DNA from: Pirellulales bacterium
Lineage (GTDB): Bacteria; Planctomycetota; Planctomycetia; Pirellulales; PALSA-1355
DNA: 64,000 bases
Reading direction: 5' to 3'
Assembly: GCA_963733035.1 (NCBI GenBank)
Contig: CAVTBU010000009.1
Location: forward strand, 160,001-224,000
Part shown: piece after piece, positions 1-11,142 of the stretch
Position numbering within the stretch: position 1 is the first letter of the stretch
Layout of the letters: every line of letters starts with the position of its first letter
The notes under the pieces: model-generated
Seen by the model: only the letters and a program-made list of their open reading frames with translations
What the model was told of the DNA's origin: nothing
Database searches by the model: none
Program-made: the position numbers and the translations under genes

Positions 1-1723
1 ACGTCTGACCGCCTGGGACGATGGGTTGATTGAAACAAAGTCCACACGTGCTTTGATGTTGGGGAGCAAAATCATATACGCTGGGTTCGTCGAAAACGTC
101 GGGCAAGTGTTTGGGATGCCGCGGCGGGAAGCCGTAATGCCGCCCCGCTTGAATATGGAGCAGTTCATCGAACGGATTGCCGTTGGGTAGCCAGGTGGCC
201 CCTTCCTGGTCGGTGCAAAACAAGTCGCCACGGCGGTTGAAGGCCAGTCCGACCGGAAAGCGGATGCCCGAGCAGATTGGTTCGTAGTGTTTGAAGTCGG
301 GGCTCACCCGCACAATTGCGCCGCGTACGGTACCCGGCACGTAATGCGATTGCCCCTTTTCGTCGACCAGGTGGCCGTTGGTATAGTCCGACGTGCCGGT
401 GCCAAAGTAGATGCTACCGTCCGGTGCAACGGCCACTCCCAGCGCATCGGTGCTCTGCTTGATGGGCGTCCAGCCGTCGGCCACCACGATTAATTCATCG
501 CCGCGGTCGTCGCCGTCTTTATCGACCACCAGCACCACCTGTCCGCGCGACGCAATGAACACTCCGTCGCCACGATCATATCCCGGCGGCGTCAGCGCCA
601 TGCCAACTGGCACGGTGAATCCAGGGCGGTCCCAAAACATTTCCGCGTGGTCTTCCAGGCCGTCGCCGTCGGTGTCGCTGAGTAGGAAGATGCGACCGTC
701 GTAGCTGACTGCCAGCAGCTTGCCGTCGGGACGAAAACGGACGTTGTTCAAGTTTGGTAGTTCGACGGGCAATTGCCGCGCGGTAAAGCCTGGCGCGAAA
801 AGTTGCACTGGCGGCGGATCTTCAACCTTGGGGATAACCCGGGCCGCCAGCAGGTCGCGGGGCAGCGGACACATCCGCGCGTCGCCATATTTTCGCTGCA
901 AGTAGCGGTCGACCTCGTCGATCTCAGAGGCAGACAGGCGGCGGTCGTAAATCAAGATTTCGGCAATCTCACCCCGCAGGAAGCCGGTAGCCTGGGGTGC
1001 ACCACCGTGATGCACAAAGCGGGCCCCGACGGTGAGGCGGTCCAAATGGATCGTGCCAGAGGCACGATCGCGCTGCTCGGCCGGCTGACCGTCGACGTGG
1101 AGGGCGGTTCCACCTGCGCCAGGTGTCGAGGCCACGCACATTCGCACGAGTTGGCCAAATGGCGTTTCATCGTGCTTTAGATTGCGAGCACCACCGAAGC
1201 CCGGCCCCTCGACATTAATTGCGGCAAACTTACGCGAACTGCCGGGCCCCTGATCAATGTTCAGCCCGGACACGTAGTCGTTCTGGCCGTCGCGATTGAA
1301 GGACAGAAAGGCCCGGAACCCGCCGTCGTTTGTGAACGGCGTGCCGACCACGAAGACGGTCACGTCGTTGAAAGACAGGTTCAAGTCGCCGGCAAAGAGC
1401 ACGTCGTTGTCGCCGTCGAAGTGCACGAAGGCGAGTTCGTCTTGGACGTCGTCAAAACGAATCACGGGACGATCGGACGTGACCGGTTGACGCAGGTTTC
1501 GACCGGCACCGGAGGCATCGTGCCACAGATCGACGCGCGAACCGTTCTTCCAGCGGTTCTTGCCGGCGGCCGCACGGGCGGCGGGTTCGACGCCCGCATC
1601 GTACCAGGCGACAAGTCCTTCAGTGAATTTGAGGTTTTTGTCGGCCCATGGTTCGACGGCATCGGCGGTGGAGCGCGTTGCCAGCGCGACGACCAACATG
1701 ATCCAAATACTTCGCAACCACAT
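1..1723 (-). CDS. Secreted LamG-like + glucose/sorbosone-dehydrogenase-type beta-propeller protein (planctomycete type); runs off the left edge
   Basis: Hand-translated from ATG 1723 (MWLRSIWIMLVVALAT, signal-like), then GLVAWYDA, GEIAEILIYDRRLS, DTDGDGLED, GIRFPVGLAFN, DQEGATWLPNGNPFDEL. Absent from the ORF track because it has no stop in the window. Confidence 0.8.
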   Translation of the reverse strand, partial: MWLRSIWIMLVVALATRSTADAVEPWADKNLKFTEGLVAWYDAGVEPAARAAAGKNRWKNGSRVDLWHDASGAGRNLRQPVTSDRPVIRFDDVQDELAFVHFDGDNDVLFAGDLNLSFNDVTVFVVGTPFTNDGGFRAFLSFNRDGQNDYVSGLNIDQGPGSSRKFAAINVEGPGFGGARNLKHDETPFGQLVRMCVASTPGAGGTALHVDGQPAEQRDRASGTIHLDRLTVGARFVHHGGAPQATGFLRGEIAEILIYDRRLSASEIDEVDRYLQRKYGDARMCPLPRDLLAARVIPKVEDPPPVQLFAPGFTARQLPVELPNLNNVRFRPDGKLLAVSYDGRIFLLSDTDGDGLEDHAEMFWDRPGFTVPVGMALTPPGYDRGDGVFIASRGQVVLVVDKDGDDRGDELIVVADGWTPIKQSTDALGVAVAPDGSIYFGTGTSDYTNGHLVDEKGQSHYVPGTVRGAIVRVSPDFKHYEPICSGIRFPVGLAFNRRGDLFCTDQEGATWLPNGNPFDELLHIQAGRHYGFPPRHPKHLPDVFDEPSVYDFAPQHQSTCGLCFNQPIVPGGQT

Positions 1724-1959
1724 CCTCGTGAATCGAGGTGTCTTGAGGGCCTGCATTGTACGTCTCGCGTCCGGATCACAAGATTGGTATGTGAGACTTG
1801 CGGTTGCCTGTCACCTTAACTTGCCGTCGGGGCAACAGTCCAGCTTCGATGGCCCCGTGAATGGTACCGGCCAAATTCGCGGGCCGGAAATCGGCATGTT
1901 ATAGTAGCGCGGGCCTGCCAACGGCCTCTTTTCTTGAATTCTCGCCGGAGCTGCTTGCT

Positions 1960-3667
1960 ATGTTGCGACGATGCCTGCTCGCCGGGGCTCTGCTGTTGAA
2001 CTCCCTTCCCACCCTCATAGCCGCCGGTCCAATCTATGACACGATCCTGCGGGGCGGCACCGTGTACGACGGTCAAGGCGGACCGGGACGCGAGGTTGAC
2101 GTGGCGATCGTCGGCGACCGAATCGCGGCCATCGGCAATTTGGCAGACGCCAAGGCGAAGCGAGTGATCGACGTTAGCGGTCAGGCGGTCGCCCCTGGTT
2201 TTATCAATATGCTGAGCTGGGCCACCGTGTCGCTGCTGGCGGACGGGCATTCGCAGGCCGACATTCGCCAGGGCGTCACGCTCGAGGTATTTGGAGAAGG
2301 TTTCTCGATGGGGCCGCTCAACCCGCGCATGAAGCAGGACATGCTCGAGCGGCAAGGGGACATTCAGTACGCGGTTCCCTGGACGACGCTGGCCGAATAC
2401 CTGACCCACCTCCAGACGCGGGGGGTGTCATGCAATGTGGCGTCGTTTCTTGGCGCGACGACGGTTCGCATCAATGTACTCGGCTATCAGGACCGCCGAC
2501 CGACGCCCAAGGAGCTCGACGAAATGCGGGCCATCGTGCGACAGGCCATGGAGGAGGGCGCCCTGGGAATCGGCTCGTCGCTCATCTATGCGCCGGCCTT
2601 TTATGCCGACACGCACGAGTTGATCGAGCTTTGCAAAGTTGCCGCCGAATACGACGGGATGTACATCTCGCACATTCGCAGCGAAGGCAATCAACTGGTC
2701 GAGGCCGTGGAAGAGTTAATCAAAATTGCACGCGAGGCGAACCTGCCGGCGGAGATATATCACCTGAAAGCGGCCGGCAAGGAAAACTGGCCGAAGCGCG
2801 AGCGGGTGGTCGAATTGGTTGAGCAAGCCCGGGCCGGCGGCGTGCGAATCACGGCCGACATGTATCTCTACACCGCGGGGGCGACTGGATTGAACGGCGC
2901 GATGCCTCCCTGGGTGCAAGAAGGAGGCTTGCGAAAGTGGATTGAGCGGATGCGTGATCCAGAGACGCGCAAACGGGTGGCCGAGGAGATGCGGACACCA
3001 ACCGACGAGTGGGAAAATTTGCTATTGGCCGCCGGCTCACCCGAAAATGTGTTGTTGGTCGGCTTCAAAAACCCAACGCTCAAGCACCTGACCGGCAAGA
3101 CGCTGGCCGAGGTCGCAGCCCGGCGGGGCACTTCGCCCGAGGAGACGGCAATGGACCTGGTGATCGAGGACGACAGCCGGGTCGACACGGTTTATTTCAT
3201 GATGAATGAAGACGACGTGAAGAAGAACATCGCGCTGCCGTGGGTCAGTTTCGGCTCGGATGCTTCGTCGCCGGCGGCCGAAGGGGCATTTTTGCTCTCT
3301 CAACCGCATCCGCGCACCTACGGCAATTTCGCCCGCTTGCTAGGTAAGTACGTGCGCGACGAGAAAGTGATTCCCACTGGAAGAAGCGATCCGCAAACTG
3401 ACCGGCCTGCCGGCCACGAACCTGGGACTGACCGACCGCGGGCTGCTCAAGGAAGGCTACTACGCCGACGTCGTGGTATTCGATCCGGCGACGATCCAGG
3501 ATCATGCCACCTACGCCGAGCCGCATCAATACGCCACGGGCATGCAGCACGTTTTCGTAAACGGGATGCAGGTGTTGGCCGCCGGAGAGCATACCGGCGC
3601 GACGCCGGGGAGGGCGGTGTGGGGAAAGGGGAGGAAGGAAGCCAAGCCTCAGCGGAATGAGGAATGA
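1960..3667 (+). CDS. N-acyl-D-amino-acid deacylase (D-aminoacylase family), apparent +1 frameshift at ~3373
   Basis: ILRGGTVYDG, VAPGFIN, HIRSE, HPRTYGNFAR. Removing one C from attcccactg restores PLEEAIRKLTGLPA...DVVVFDP...VFVNG (ORF 3473..3667). Confidence 0.85.
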
Positions 3668-3682
3668 GAAAGTCCGCGGAGC

Positions 3683-4248
3683 TCAAGCGCTCTTGTCGCG
3701 CGCCGCTTCCAGCATTTTCATCCAGGGCCCGATGTAATGCCCGTGGTCGTGGTACGTGCGGCCGCTGACCAGGTTGCCGTCGATGACGCAGGGTTCGTTG
3801 ACGAACGTGCCGCCACAGACTTCCAGGTCGAATTTGCACTTGGGCACCGTGGCCATGCGGCGGCCTTTGACGCAGCCGGCGCGAGCGGGGATCTCCACGC
3901 CGTGGCAGACGCTGGCGATGGGTTTGTTCTTTTCGAAGAAGTGGCGCGTGATGCGAAGCAGGTCTTCATCTTCGCGAATGTACTCTGGCGCCCGGCCGCC
4001 GCTGAAGAAGATGCCGAGGTACTCGTCGGGGTTGATGTCGGCAAAGGCGATGTCGGCTTCGATCGTGTAGCCTTCCCATTCCTTGGTGATCGTCCAGCCG
4101 GGCTTCACTTCGTGGAGCACCATCTGGTAACGCCGCTTTTCGGCGCGGCCACGACAGGCTTGAAGCCCCCTTCGATGAGTCGGTAGTAAGGATAGAGCGT
4201 ATCGACGGTTTCGGTCGCATCTCCCACGATGATCAACACCTGATCCAT
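3683..4248 (-). CDS. DJ-1/PfpI family protein, apparent 1-nt deletion at ~4142
   Basis: MDQVLIIVGDATETVDTLYPYYRL joins EKRRYQMVLHE...GGRAPEYIR...SVCHG after a frame change; GGAG RBS upstream. Confidence 0.85.
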
Positions 4249-4405
4249 GATTTCTCCGCTTGCTAGCACGCCAAAACTTGAACTGCTGTAGGTCGAAGCG
4301 ACCCGCCGCCATTAGAATCAGCTGTCCCAGCGGGGTCAAACGACGTTGCGGGTCAGGAAGACCTGGCATGATTCCCGCCTCAAGGCATGCCGGAGGCCGG
4401 CCAGG

Positions 4406-5524
4406 GTGAAAGCATTCGACTATCTCGTCGTGGGCGGTGGTATGTTCGGCGCGGTGTTCGCGCGGAGAGCCGCCGAAGGCGGGCAGCGAGTGCGCCTGAT
4501 CGATAAGCGAGATCACATCGCCGGCAATTGCTACTCCGAAAAGATCGCCGGCATTGAGGTGCACCGCTACGGCCCGCACATCTTTCATACGGACAACGAG
4601 CGGGTTTGGCGGTTCCTGAATCGTTTCGCCCGCTTCAATCACTATCGGCATCATGGCCGCGTTCGCTATGGCGGTCGCACGTTTTCATTTCCGATCAACC
4701 TGATGACGCTCTCGCAGTTGTGGGGCGTCAACACGCCGGCCGAAGCGGAGCAAAAACTGGCCGCGGTGCGCGTTCCATGCGAAAACCCTCGAAACCTGCG
4801 CGATTGGATTCTCTCGCAGGTGGGCGAGGAATTGTACGAAGTGTTCGTGCGTGGATACACGACCAAGCAATGGGGCCGCGACCCGGCGGACCTGCCGCCC
4901 TCGATCATTCGGCGAATTCCGATTCGGCAGACCTATGACGACCGCTATTTTGCCGACGAATTCCAAGGGATTCCAATCGGCGGATATACCGCCATGTTCG
5001 AGAACATGCTCGATCACCATGCCATCGACATTGTGCTGGGGATCGACTACTTCGAGCATGCGAGCGAGTTGGAGTCCGCGTCCGCTAAAGTGGTTTATAC
5101 GGGCAAGATCGACGAGTACTTTGACTATCGTTTCGGCGAGTTGGAGTACCGGTCGCTGCGATTCGAGAACGAAGTGCTGGCCGGCGATTTCCAGGGAGCC
5201 GCCATCGTCAATTACACCGAGGCCGAGGTGCCGTACACGCGGATCACCGAACACAAGCACTTCGAGTTTCAGACCTCGGCCCAAACGGTCATCACGCGCG
5301 AGTATCCCGCCAAGTGTGATCGCAACCAGGTGCCGTATTATCCGATTCGCGATGCGGCCAATTCGGCGCTCTATGAGCAGTATCGTGCCGAGGCCCAGCG
5401 TGCCGGCTTGTTGCTGGGCGGCCGCCTGGCGACGTACCAGTACTATGACATGCACCAGGTCGTCGCCCAGGCGCTGACGCTGGCCGACAAAGAGTTTGCC
5501 AGCTCGCGAAGAATTGCAGCATAA
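4406..5524 (+). CDS. glf: UDP-galactopyranose mutase
   Basis: DYLVVGGG FAD motif, HRYGPHIFHT, YTTKQWG, PYYPI, GRLATYQYYDMHQVV. Confidence 0.95.
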   Translation: MKAFDYLVVGGGMFGAVFARRAAEGGQRVRLIDKRDHIAGNCYSEKIAGIEVHRYGPHIFHTDNERVWRFLNRFARFNHYRHHGRVRYGGRTFSFPINLMTLSQLWGVNTPAEAEQKLAAVRVPCENPRNLRDWILSQVGEELYEVFVRGYTTKQWGRDPADLPPSIIRRIPIRQTYDDRYFADEFQGIPIGGYTAMFENMLDHHAIDIVLGIDYFEHASELESASAKVVYTGKIDEYFDYRFGELEYRSLRFENEVLAGDFQGAAIVNYTEAEVPYTRITEHKHFEFQTSAQTVITREYPAKCDRNQVPYYPIRDAANSALYEQYRAEAQRAGLLLGGRLATYQYYDMHQVVAQALTLADKEFASSRRIAA

Positions 5525-5542
5525 CGCCGATTGAGACTCTAC

Positions 5543-6337
5543 ATGTCCCAAACACGTCGCAATCTCGTGATCAGCCCGATCGGCGATGAATCGATGCACG
5601 CAAGCTGGCTGTCCGGTGGTGAGGATCGCTCGTTCGATTTGTTCCTGGTGCATTACGGCCAATGCGTCGACTTCGGTCGCAGCGACGCCGAACACTATCT
5701 GAGCCGCCAGGGTTTCAAATGGGAACTGCTCGACTATGTCGCGCAGGAACATCGCGCGATGCTCGAGCGCTACGAACGGATATGGTGCCCCGATTGCGAT
5801 ATCGGTGCCGATACCCAAAGCGTCAACCGCTTGTTCGCATTGCACGAACAGCACGCCTTGCAGCTTAGCCAGCCGGCCATCGCCGGCGGCGAAGTGACGT
5901 ATCAGTTTTTGCGCAAGCGTCCGGGCGTGGTACTGCGGTACACGCCGTTCGTGGAAGTGATGTGCCCGTTGTTCACGCGGGAGGCGTTCTTCCGCGTGCA
6001 ACCGACGTTCCTAGAGAGCCGATCCGGCTGGGGATTGGATTTGCTCTGGCCGCGGTATTTTGGCCGGCGTGAGATGGCGGTGATCGATGCTGTGGGCGTC
6101 GAACATACCGGAAAGCTCTTCCGGGGGGAGAACTACAGCAGCCTCGACAAGTTGGGCATCAATCCGGGCCAGGAACTACAGCGAATCATCACGACACACG
6201 GCGGATTCAACCGCCGCCTGCACCGCAAGCTCGTGCGGGGGCGAATCAAGTTGCCGGCAATCTTCGAATCGACGCGGCGAGTCAGTTTGGCCGAGCGATG
6301 CTGGGCGAGTCTGGGCCTCGGCCGGGCCCAAGCCTAG
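5543..6337 (+). CDS. DUF707-like protein (possible GT-A-type glycosyltransferase)
   Basis: FDLFLVHY, KWE, IWCPDCDI, LSQPA, FVEVMCPLF, SGWGLD, VIDAVGVEHT. Confidence 0.7.
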   Translation: MSQTRRNLVISPIGDESMHASWLSGGEDRSFDLFLVHYGQCVDFGRSDAEHYLSRQGFKWELLDYVAQEHRAMLERYERIWCPDCDIGADTQSVNRLFALHEQHALQLSQPAIAGGEVTYQFLRKRPGVVLRYTPFVEVMCPLFTREAFFRVQPTFLESRSGWGLDLLWPRYFGRREMAVIDAVGVEHTGKLFRGENYSSLDKLGINPGQELQRIITTHGGFNRRLHRKLVRGRIKLPAIFESTRRVSLAERCWASLGLGRAQA

Positions 6338-7075
6338 TCGAACACCAGCGTTCCGAACTTCTCGTATTCGTGAAAGCTGGGGCCGACGCGAGCCCAATCC
6401 CAACTTGTGCTCCGATCGTCATCGTAGTCGACGCGGTAGAAGTTCGCCCGCCAGCGCGTGCCCGGCTTTGGCGGCACGTTGCCTAGCGGTTTGAGCAAAT
6501 CGTAGGGAACGAACACCTCGGCGGACCAGCCAGAGATTTTCGCTCCCGACTGTTTCTCGCCGCCGCGCACGGTGGTTGCCTTTTGGATTTTGCGGTCACC
6601 GTCGTAGTGCCAAGGACGCCAGCCGAGAAACTTGCCGCCGACATTAGGAATCAGAATCGGCAGTTCGTATCCCAGCGGCGATATTTCGTATTCGAAATAG
6701 AGTGGTAGCTGTTCGTCGGTCCAAAAGAAAAACTCGAAAACGTCCTCGTTCCACAGATCGAGAAAGTCTTCGCGCATCGTGGCGGTCACCCGGCCGTCAC
6801 TACCGGAGAAAAGAATGTAGACGCCTTGGTTCGAGTAGAGCAACTTGACCCGCGCGTCGTAAGGAAGTGCCGTCGAGTCGGTACTTCGCTTGGAGAGTTC
6901 CAGCCAGGCAGTGTTTTGCCAGGCGGGATTGCTGCCATCGCCCGTGATCTGGAAATCGACGGTACGTTTGACGTGCAAGGGACTGGACGCCTGGTCCGCG
7001 GCCATTGTCGCGCGCGAGGCAGGCAACACACAACGTTAGCTGGAACAACAGTGAGACCGGATGACGAAGTGACAC
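6334..7075 (-). CDS. CBM9-like carbohydrate-binding protein; signal peptide probably joined via a frameshift at ~7012
   Basis: LWNEDVFEFF, YFEYEISPLG, WRANFYRVD, FHEYEKFGTLVF. Upstream GTG 7075 gives a hydrophobic leader if a GC is restored in the gcgcgc run. Confidence 0.8.
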
Positions 7076-7286
7076 GATAAGATCTCTCAGGTAACACGGT
7101 GTTCGTCTAAGCCGCCGGCGGCCGTCCAACGTAGTCATCGCTGGTCTGCGTGTCGAGTTTCGAAACCACGCCGGGCAGCAATCCGCTGAAAACAGCCATT
7201 TGCAGTGGACGGGCTGGCCGTAGGGAGACATGATGAGGGCACCAAGAGGTATACAATATACCGAATGCCGCGATGGCGAATTGCTG

Positions 7287-8636
7287 ATGAATTCCGTTCA
7301 CCCCACGCCAACCCTCGAACCCAGCCGCATGGCTTGGAAGCATTGGCGGCTCGTGTTGCTGTTGATGGGGGTCTGCTTCCTGGGTCATTTCAATCGCATC
7401 AGTATGGCCACGGCTGCGGACCTGCGCATCATGTCCGAGTATGACATCTCCACGTCGAAGATGGGGACCGTCTATTCGGCATTTCTCCTGGCGTACACGC
7501 TGATGATGATTCCGGGAGGCTGGGTCATCGACCGGCGAGGAACACGATTTGCGCTGGCAGTGGTTTGCCTGGGCTCGGCGCTGTTCGTTGCGCTGACGGC
7601 CAGCGTGAGCCTGGCGTCGACTGCCGCGGTTGTGCTGGGGCTGTTGCTGGTGATCCGATTCCTGATGGGCGTGCTTAGCGCGCCGCTGCATCCGGCGGCG
7701 GCGACGGCCGTCTCGCTGGGGATTCCCGCCGCGCAACGTTCGGCGGCCAACGGCTTGATTACCGGGGCGGCGCTATTGGGTGTGGCGTCCACCTACGTCG
7801 TGTTCGGCCGATTGATCGACGTCGCCTGGCTGGATTGGCCGGGCGCTTTCATCGTCACCGCCGTGGCAACGGCGCTGTTGGGACTGCTGTGGCTCAACTT
7901 TGGCCCTCGCCGCGCGACGGCTGCGGAAGCCGGCTCGCCGCTGCCAGCGATGCACACGCCGGATATTGCCGCCGAAAACCGCTTTTGGCTTGTCCGCCAT
8001 AAAAACTTGATACTGCTCACGGCCAGTTACGCGGCCGTAGGTTACTTTCAATACCTCTTCTTCTATTGGATGCATCACTACTTCAGCGAAGTGCTGAAGT
8101 TGGGCGAAGACCAAAGCCGCTTCTATGCCAGCATTCCGCCACTGGCCATGGCGCTTGGAATGCCGCTCGGTGGGTTCCTGTCCGATCGGATCCTCGCCTC
8201 GTTTGGATGGCGTGCCGCGCGGCCGGGTCTGGCGTGTGCTGCCATGTGCGCGAGTGCCCTGTTACTTTGGGTGGGGGTGCGGGCGAGCGAGCCGACCTGG
8301 ATCGTCACCTGGCTTTCGCTGGCACTCGGAGTACTCGGCATGGCCGAGGGACCCTTCTGGGTGACCGCCGTCGAAGTCGGCGGTGCGCGGGGTGGATTGT
8401 CGGCGGCAATCTTCAACACCGGCGGCAACGCGGGCGGCATCCTTGCCCCGATGGCGACCCCATTCATCAGCGATGACTTGGGATTCGGCTGGCAAGTGGG
8501 TATTTCCGTCGGCAGCGTCGTCTGCCTCGCGGGGGCCGCCTGTTGGCTGTGGATTGATCACGGCTCGTCGACGACGCTTCGGGGGAATGTTCCATCCATC
8601 GCGCCCGACCCTAACCACGTTTCCCACGCAACCTGA
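7287..8636 (+). CDS. MFS transporter (ACS/sugar-acid type)
   Basis: Many TM segments; GGWVIDRRGTR and GGFLSDR motifs; FNTGGNAGG. Confidence 0.9.
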   Translation: MNSVHPTPTLEPSRMAWKHWRLVLLLMGVCFLGHFNRISMATAADLRIMSEYDISTSKMGTVYSAFLLAYTLMMIPGGWVIDRRGTRFALAVVCLGSALFVALTASVSLASTAAVVLGLLLVIRFLMGVLSAPLHPAAATAVSLGIPAAQRSAANGLITGAALLGVASTYVVFGRLIDVAWLDWPGAFIVTAVATALLGLLWLNFGPRRATAAEAGSPLPAMHTPDIAAENRFWLVRHKNLILLTASYAAVGYFQYLFFYWMHHYFSEVLKLGEDQSRFYASIPPLAMALGMPLGGFLSDRILASFGWRAARPGLACAAMCASALLLWVGVRASEPTWIVTWLSLALGVLGMAEGPFWVTAVEVGGARGGLSAAIFNTGGNAGGILAPMATPFISDDLGFGWQVGISVGSVVCLAGAACWLWIDHGSSTTLRGNVPSIAPDPNHVSHAT

Positions 8637-8648
8637 CCGGCCGACCGC

Positions 8649-9818
8649 ATGAAGATCACCAAAATCGATTGTCACGTCTTGCTGATTCCCGACTACGACA
8701 TGTCCGCGTGTTCGTCTGCCCAAGACGATTTGGTGGTTGAAATTCACACCGATGAAGGACTTGTCGGCATTGGCGAAACCGACACCAATCCTTGGATCGC
8801 GCGCGAGTGCATTCGTGCCCGCGGCACGCATTGCATGGGCCTGGGGCTGGAGGAGATGCTGCTGGGAGCCGATCCGCTCGATCCTGAGGCGCTTTGGGAG
8901 AAACTCTATAGCGGCTCAAAGATGACCGGCCGTCGAGGCGCCGTGATTTGCGCGATCGGCGCGCTCGATATGGCGTTGTGGGATCTGCGCGGCAAAGCGC
9001 TTGGCAAGCCGGTATACGAACTGCTGGGCGGCTCGCGCAGCCGGCCGGTCGTGCCGTACGCGTCGCTGCTGCCAACCGGCAATACCGTGGCCGAACAGCG
9101 GGCATCGCTGCTCGAGAAGGTCGTCAAGGTGCAAAAGCTCGGCTACCGCGCCGCCAAGATCGAAGTCTGCATCAATGGGCCGTACAGTCACAATGGCCTG
9201 CAGGCTAACGATGACGAGGGCGTGGAAATGGTCGCCGCTTGCCGCCAAGCGGTGGGGCCCGATTTCACGTTGATGGTCGACGTGGCCTACGCCTGGCCCA
9301 GCGTCGCACACGCCTTGCGCGTACTTGAGCAACTTGCGCCTCACAATATCTACTTCTGCGAAACGCCGATCGACATTGACGATCTGGAGGGCTACGCCTC
9401 GCTGCATGATCAATCGCCGATTCCGATCGCGGCGGGCGAGTGGCAGAACACGCATTGGGAGTTCCTGGAACTGGCCGATCGCGGGAAACTCGACGTCTTG
9501 CAGCCCGACGTAGGACGTGTGGGCGGCTTTACGGACGCTCGCCGAGTGTGTCGGATCGCCGAGGAGCGTGGCCGCCGCATAGTGCCGCACTGCTGGAAAA
9601 GCGCCATCGGCATCGCCGCTAGCGCCCACCTGGCCACTTCGACGCCGGTCTGTCCGTTCATCGAGTTTTTGCCAGCGGAACTTTCCGAGTCGCCGCTGCG
9701 GCGCGAGCTGGTGCAGCAGGAGTTCGAACTGGTAGACGGTGCCCTGCGATTGCCGACTCAACCGGGGCTGGGCGTCGACCTGAACGACGACGCCCTGCGG
9801 CGTTTTGCGGCCGAGTAG
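8649..9818 (+). CDS. Mandelate racemase/muconate lactonizing enzyme family (enolase superfamily)
   Basis: DMALWDLRGKALGKPVYELLGG, KxE, MVD, ETP, GE, QPDVGRVGG, PH. Confidence 0.92.
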   Translation: MKITKIDCHVLLIPDYDMSACSSAQDDLVVEIHTDEGLVGIGETDTNPWIARECIRARGTHCMGLGLEEMLLGADPLDPEALWEKLYSGSKMTGRRGAVICAIGALDMALWDLRGKALGKPVYELLGGSRSRPVVPYASLLPTGNTVAEQRASLLEKVVKVQKLGYRAAKIEVCINGPYSHNGLQANDDEGVEMVAACRQAVGPDFTLMVDVAYAWPSVAHALRVLEQLAPHNIYFCETPIDIDDLEGYASLHDQSPIPIAAGEWQNTHWEFLELADRGKLDVLQPDVGRVGGFTDARRVCRIAEERGRRIVPHCWKSAIGIAASAHLATSTPVCPFIEFLPAELSESPLRRELVQQEFELVDGALRLPTQPGLGVDLNDDALRRFAAE

Positions 9819-10037
9819 CTCCATCCACTAACCCGACAATCCGGTTCTCGCTCTTCCCAACCATTCGCGCCAGCATCGTACAAAGGCGGCAGCTCGACTG
9901 CACGCAAGCAAAGCGAATCGGTTGGTCGCACAAATGTTATCGAGATGGCGCAGCACAACAGATAGCGCAGTTGCAACAACCATCAGGCGCGATAGGATAA
10001 TTCCAGTCCAACACCTGAAACTCGTGGGAGGATTCCC

Positions 10038-11063
10038 ATGTCGATCGTCGATCGTGAATCTCGTTTCGCGCTCGGAAGCGCGACGATCGAGGCTCCCCAG
10101 CCGTTGCCGCTTCCGCAGCCGCAAGTGCGCGTCGCACCGGTGAAGCTGGTCGAGCTTTGCTACACGCTGGTCCATGCCGCCGAAGCGGTAGGCATTGTCG
10201 ATCTTGCTGACGGCGAATACTTGCCTGGCGATACGACGCTGGAAGAGGGCATCGAGCGGCAGCTCAATTACCTGCTCGACCAGGTCGGCTGCCGGCGGCC
10301 CGGCTTTCGTTTGCTGGAAATCGGATGCGGGTATGGACATCTGCTCCAACTGGCAAAACAGCGTGGAGCACGGGCCATCGGAGTTAATCTATCACCAGAA
10401 CAAGTACGGCATTGCAACGAGCACGGCTTGCAGGCCTATTGCTGCAACTACCGCGATCTGCTGGATGCCGGCGCGTGGCACGGCCAATTTGACGGCGTGA
10501 TTGCCAATGGCTCGCTGGAGCACTGGGTGCAGCCCGAGGATGTGCAAGCGGGCTTGATGGATTCGATCTACCAGGAGTCGTTCGCCATTGCGCACAAACT
10601 ACTCGATCCGCAGGTGGCCGACGCGCGGTACGTGACGACGTCGATTCACGTCAAGCGCGAGGTTAGGCCGGAATACCTGCTCACGCCCTGGTACCGTCAT
10701 CCGCGCGGCTCCAATCGCCGCCACTACAGCCTGCTTCACAATTGGATGGGCGGATACTACCCGGTCGACGGCCAGTTGGCCGAGTGTGCCAAACCGCACT
10801 TCACTCTCGCGGGCGAAACGGATGGCACCGAAGGCTATCGCATTGCCAACGAATACCGGATGGCCCGGATGCTGCGCGGTTTGTATACCTGTCCAAAAAT
10901 GGTGTGGCGGATTGCCCGAGCCCTGGTCCGCTATCCCCGCGTCACCAGCACGATGATCGAATGCTTCTTCATCGAACGCTCGTGGGACTGGCAGTTCCAG
11001 GGAGCAGACCCGCCGATGAAACTGTTGCGTCACACGTGGCGGAAGAGCGCGCCGGAGAATTGA
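10038..11063 (+). CDS. Class I SAM-dependent methyltransferase (cyclopropane fatty-acid synthase-like)
   Basis: LLEIGCGYG, GVNLSPEQ, FDGVIANGSLEH; GGAGG RBS. Confidence 0.8.
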   Translation: MSIVDRESRFALGSATIEAPQPLPLPQPQVRVAPVKLVELCYTLVHAAEAVGIVDLADGEYLPGDTTLEEGIERQLNYLLDQVGCRRPGFRLLEIGCGYGHLLQLAKQRGARAIGVNLSPEQVRHCNEHGLQAYCCNYRDLLDAGAWHGQFDGVIANGSLEHWVQPEDVQAGLMDSIYQESFAIAHKLLDPQVADARYVTTSIHVKREVRPEYLLTPWYRHPRGSNRRHYSLLHNWMGGYYPVDGQLAECAKPHFTLAGETDGTEGYRIANEYRMARMLRGLYTCPKMVWRIARALVRYPRVTSTMIECFFIERSWDWQFQGADPPMKLLRHTWRKSAPEN

Positions 11064-11142
11064 GTTGGTCTGGGGCGGCGATATCCACTGCGCCCTGCCG
11101 TACAAATTGCGCCGCAACCGTTAAGACGACACTATAGCGAGG

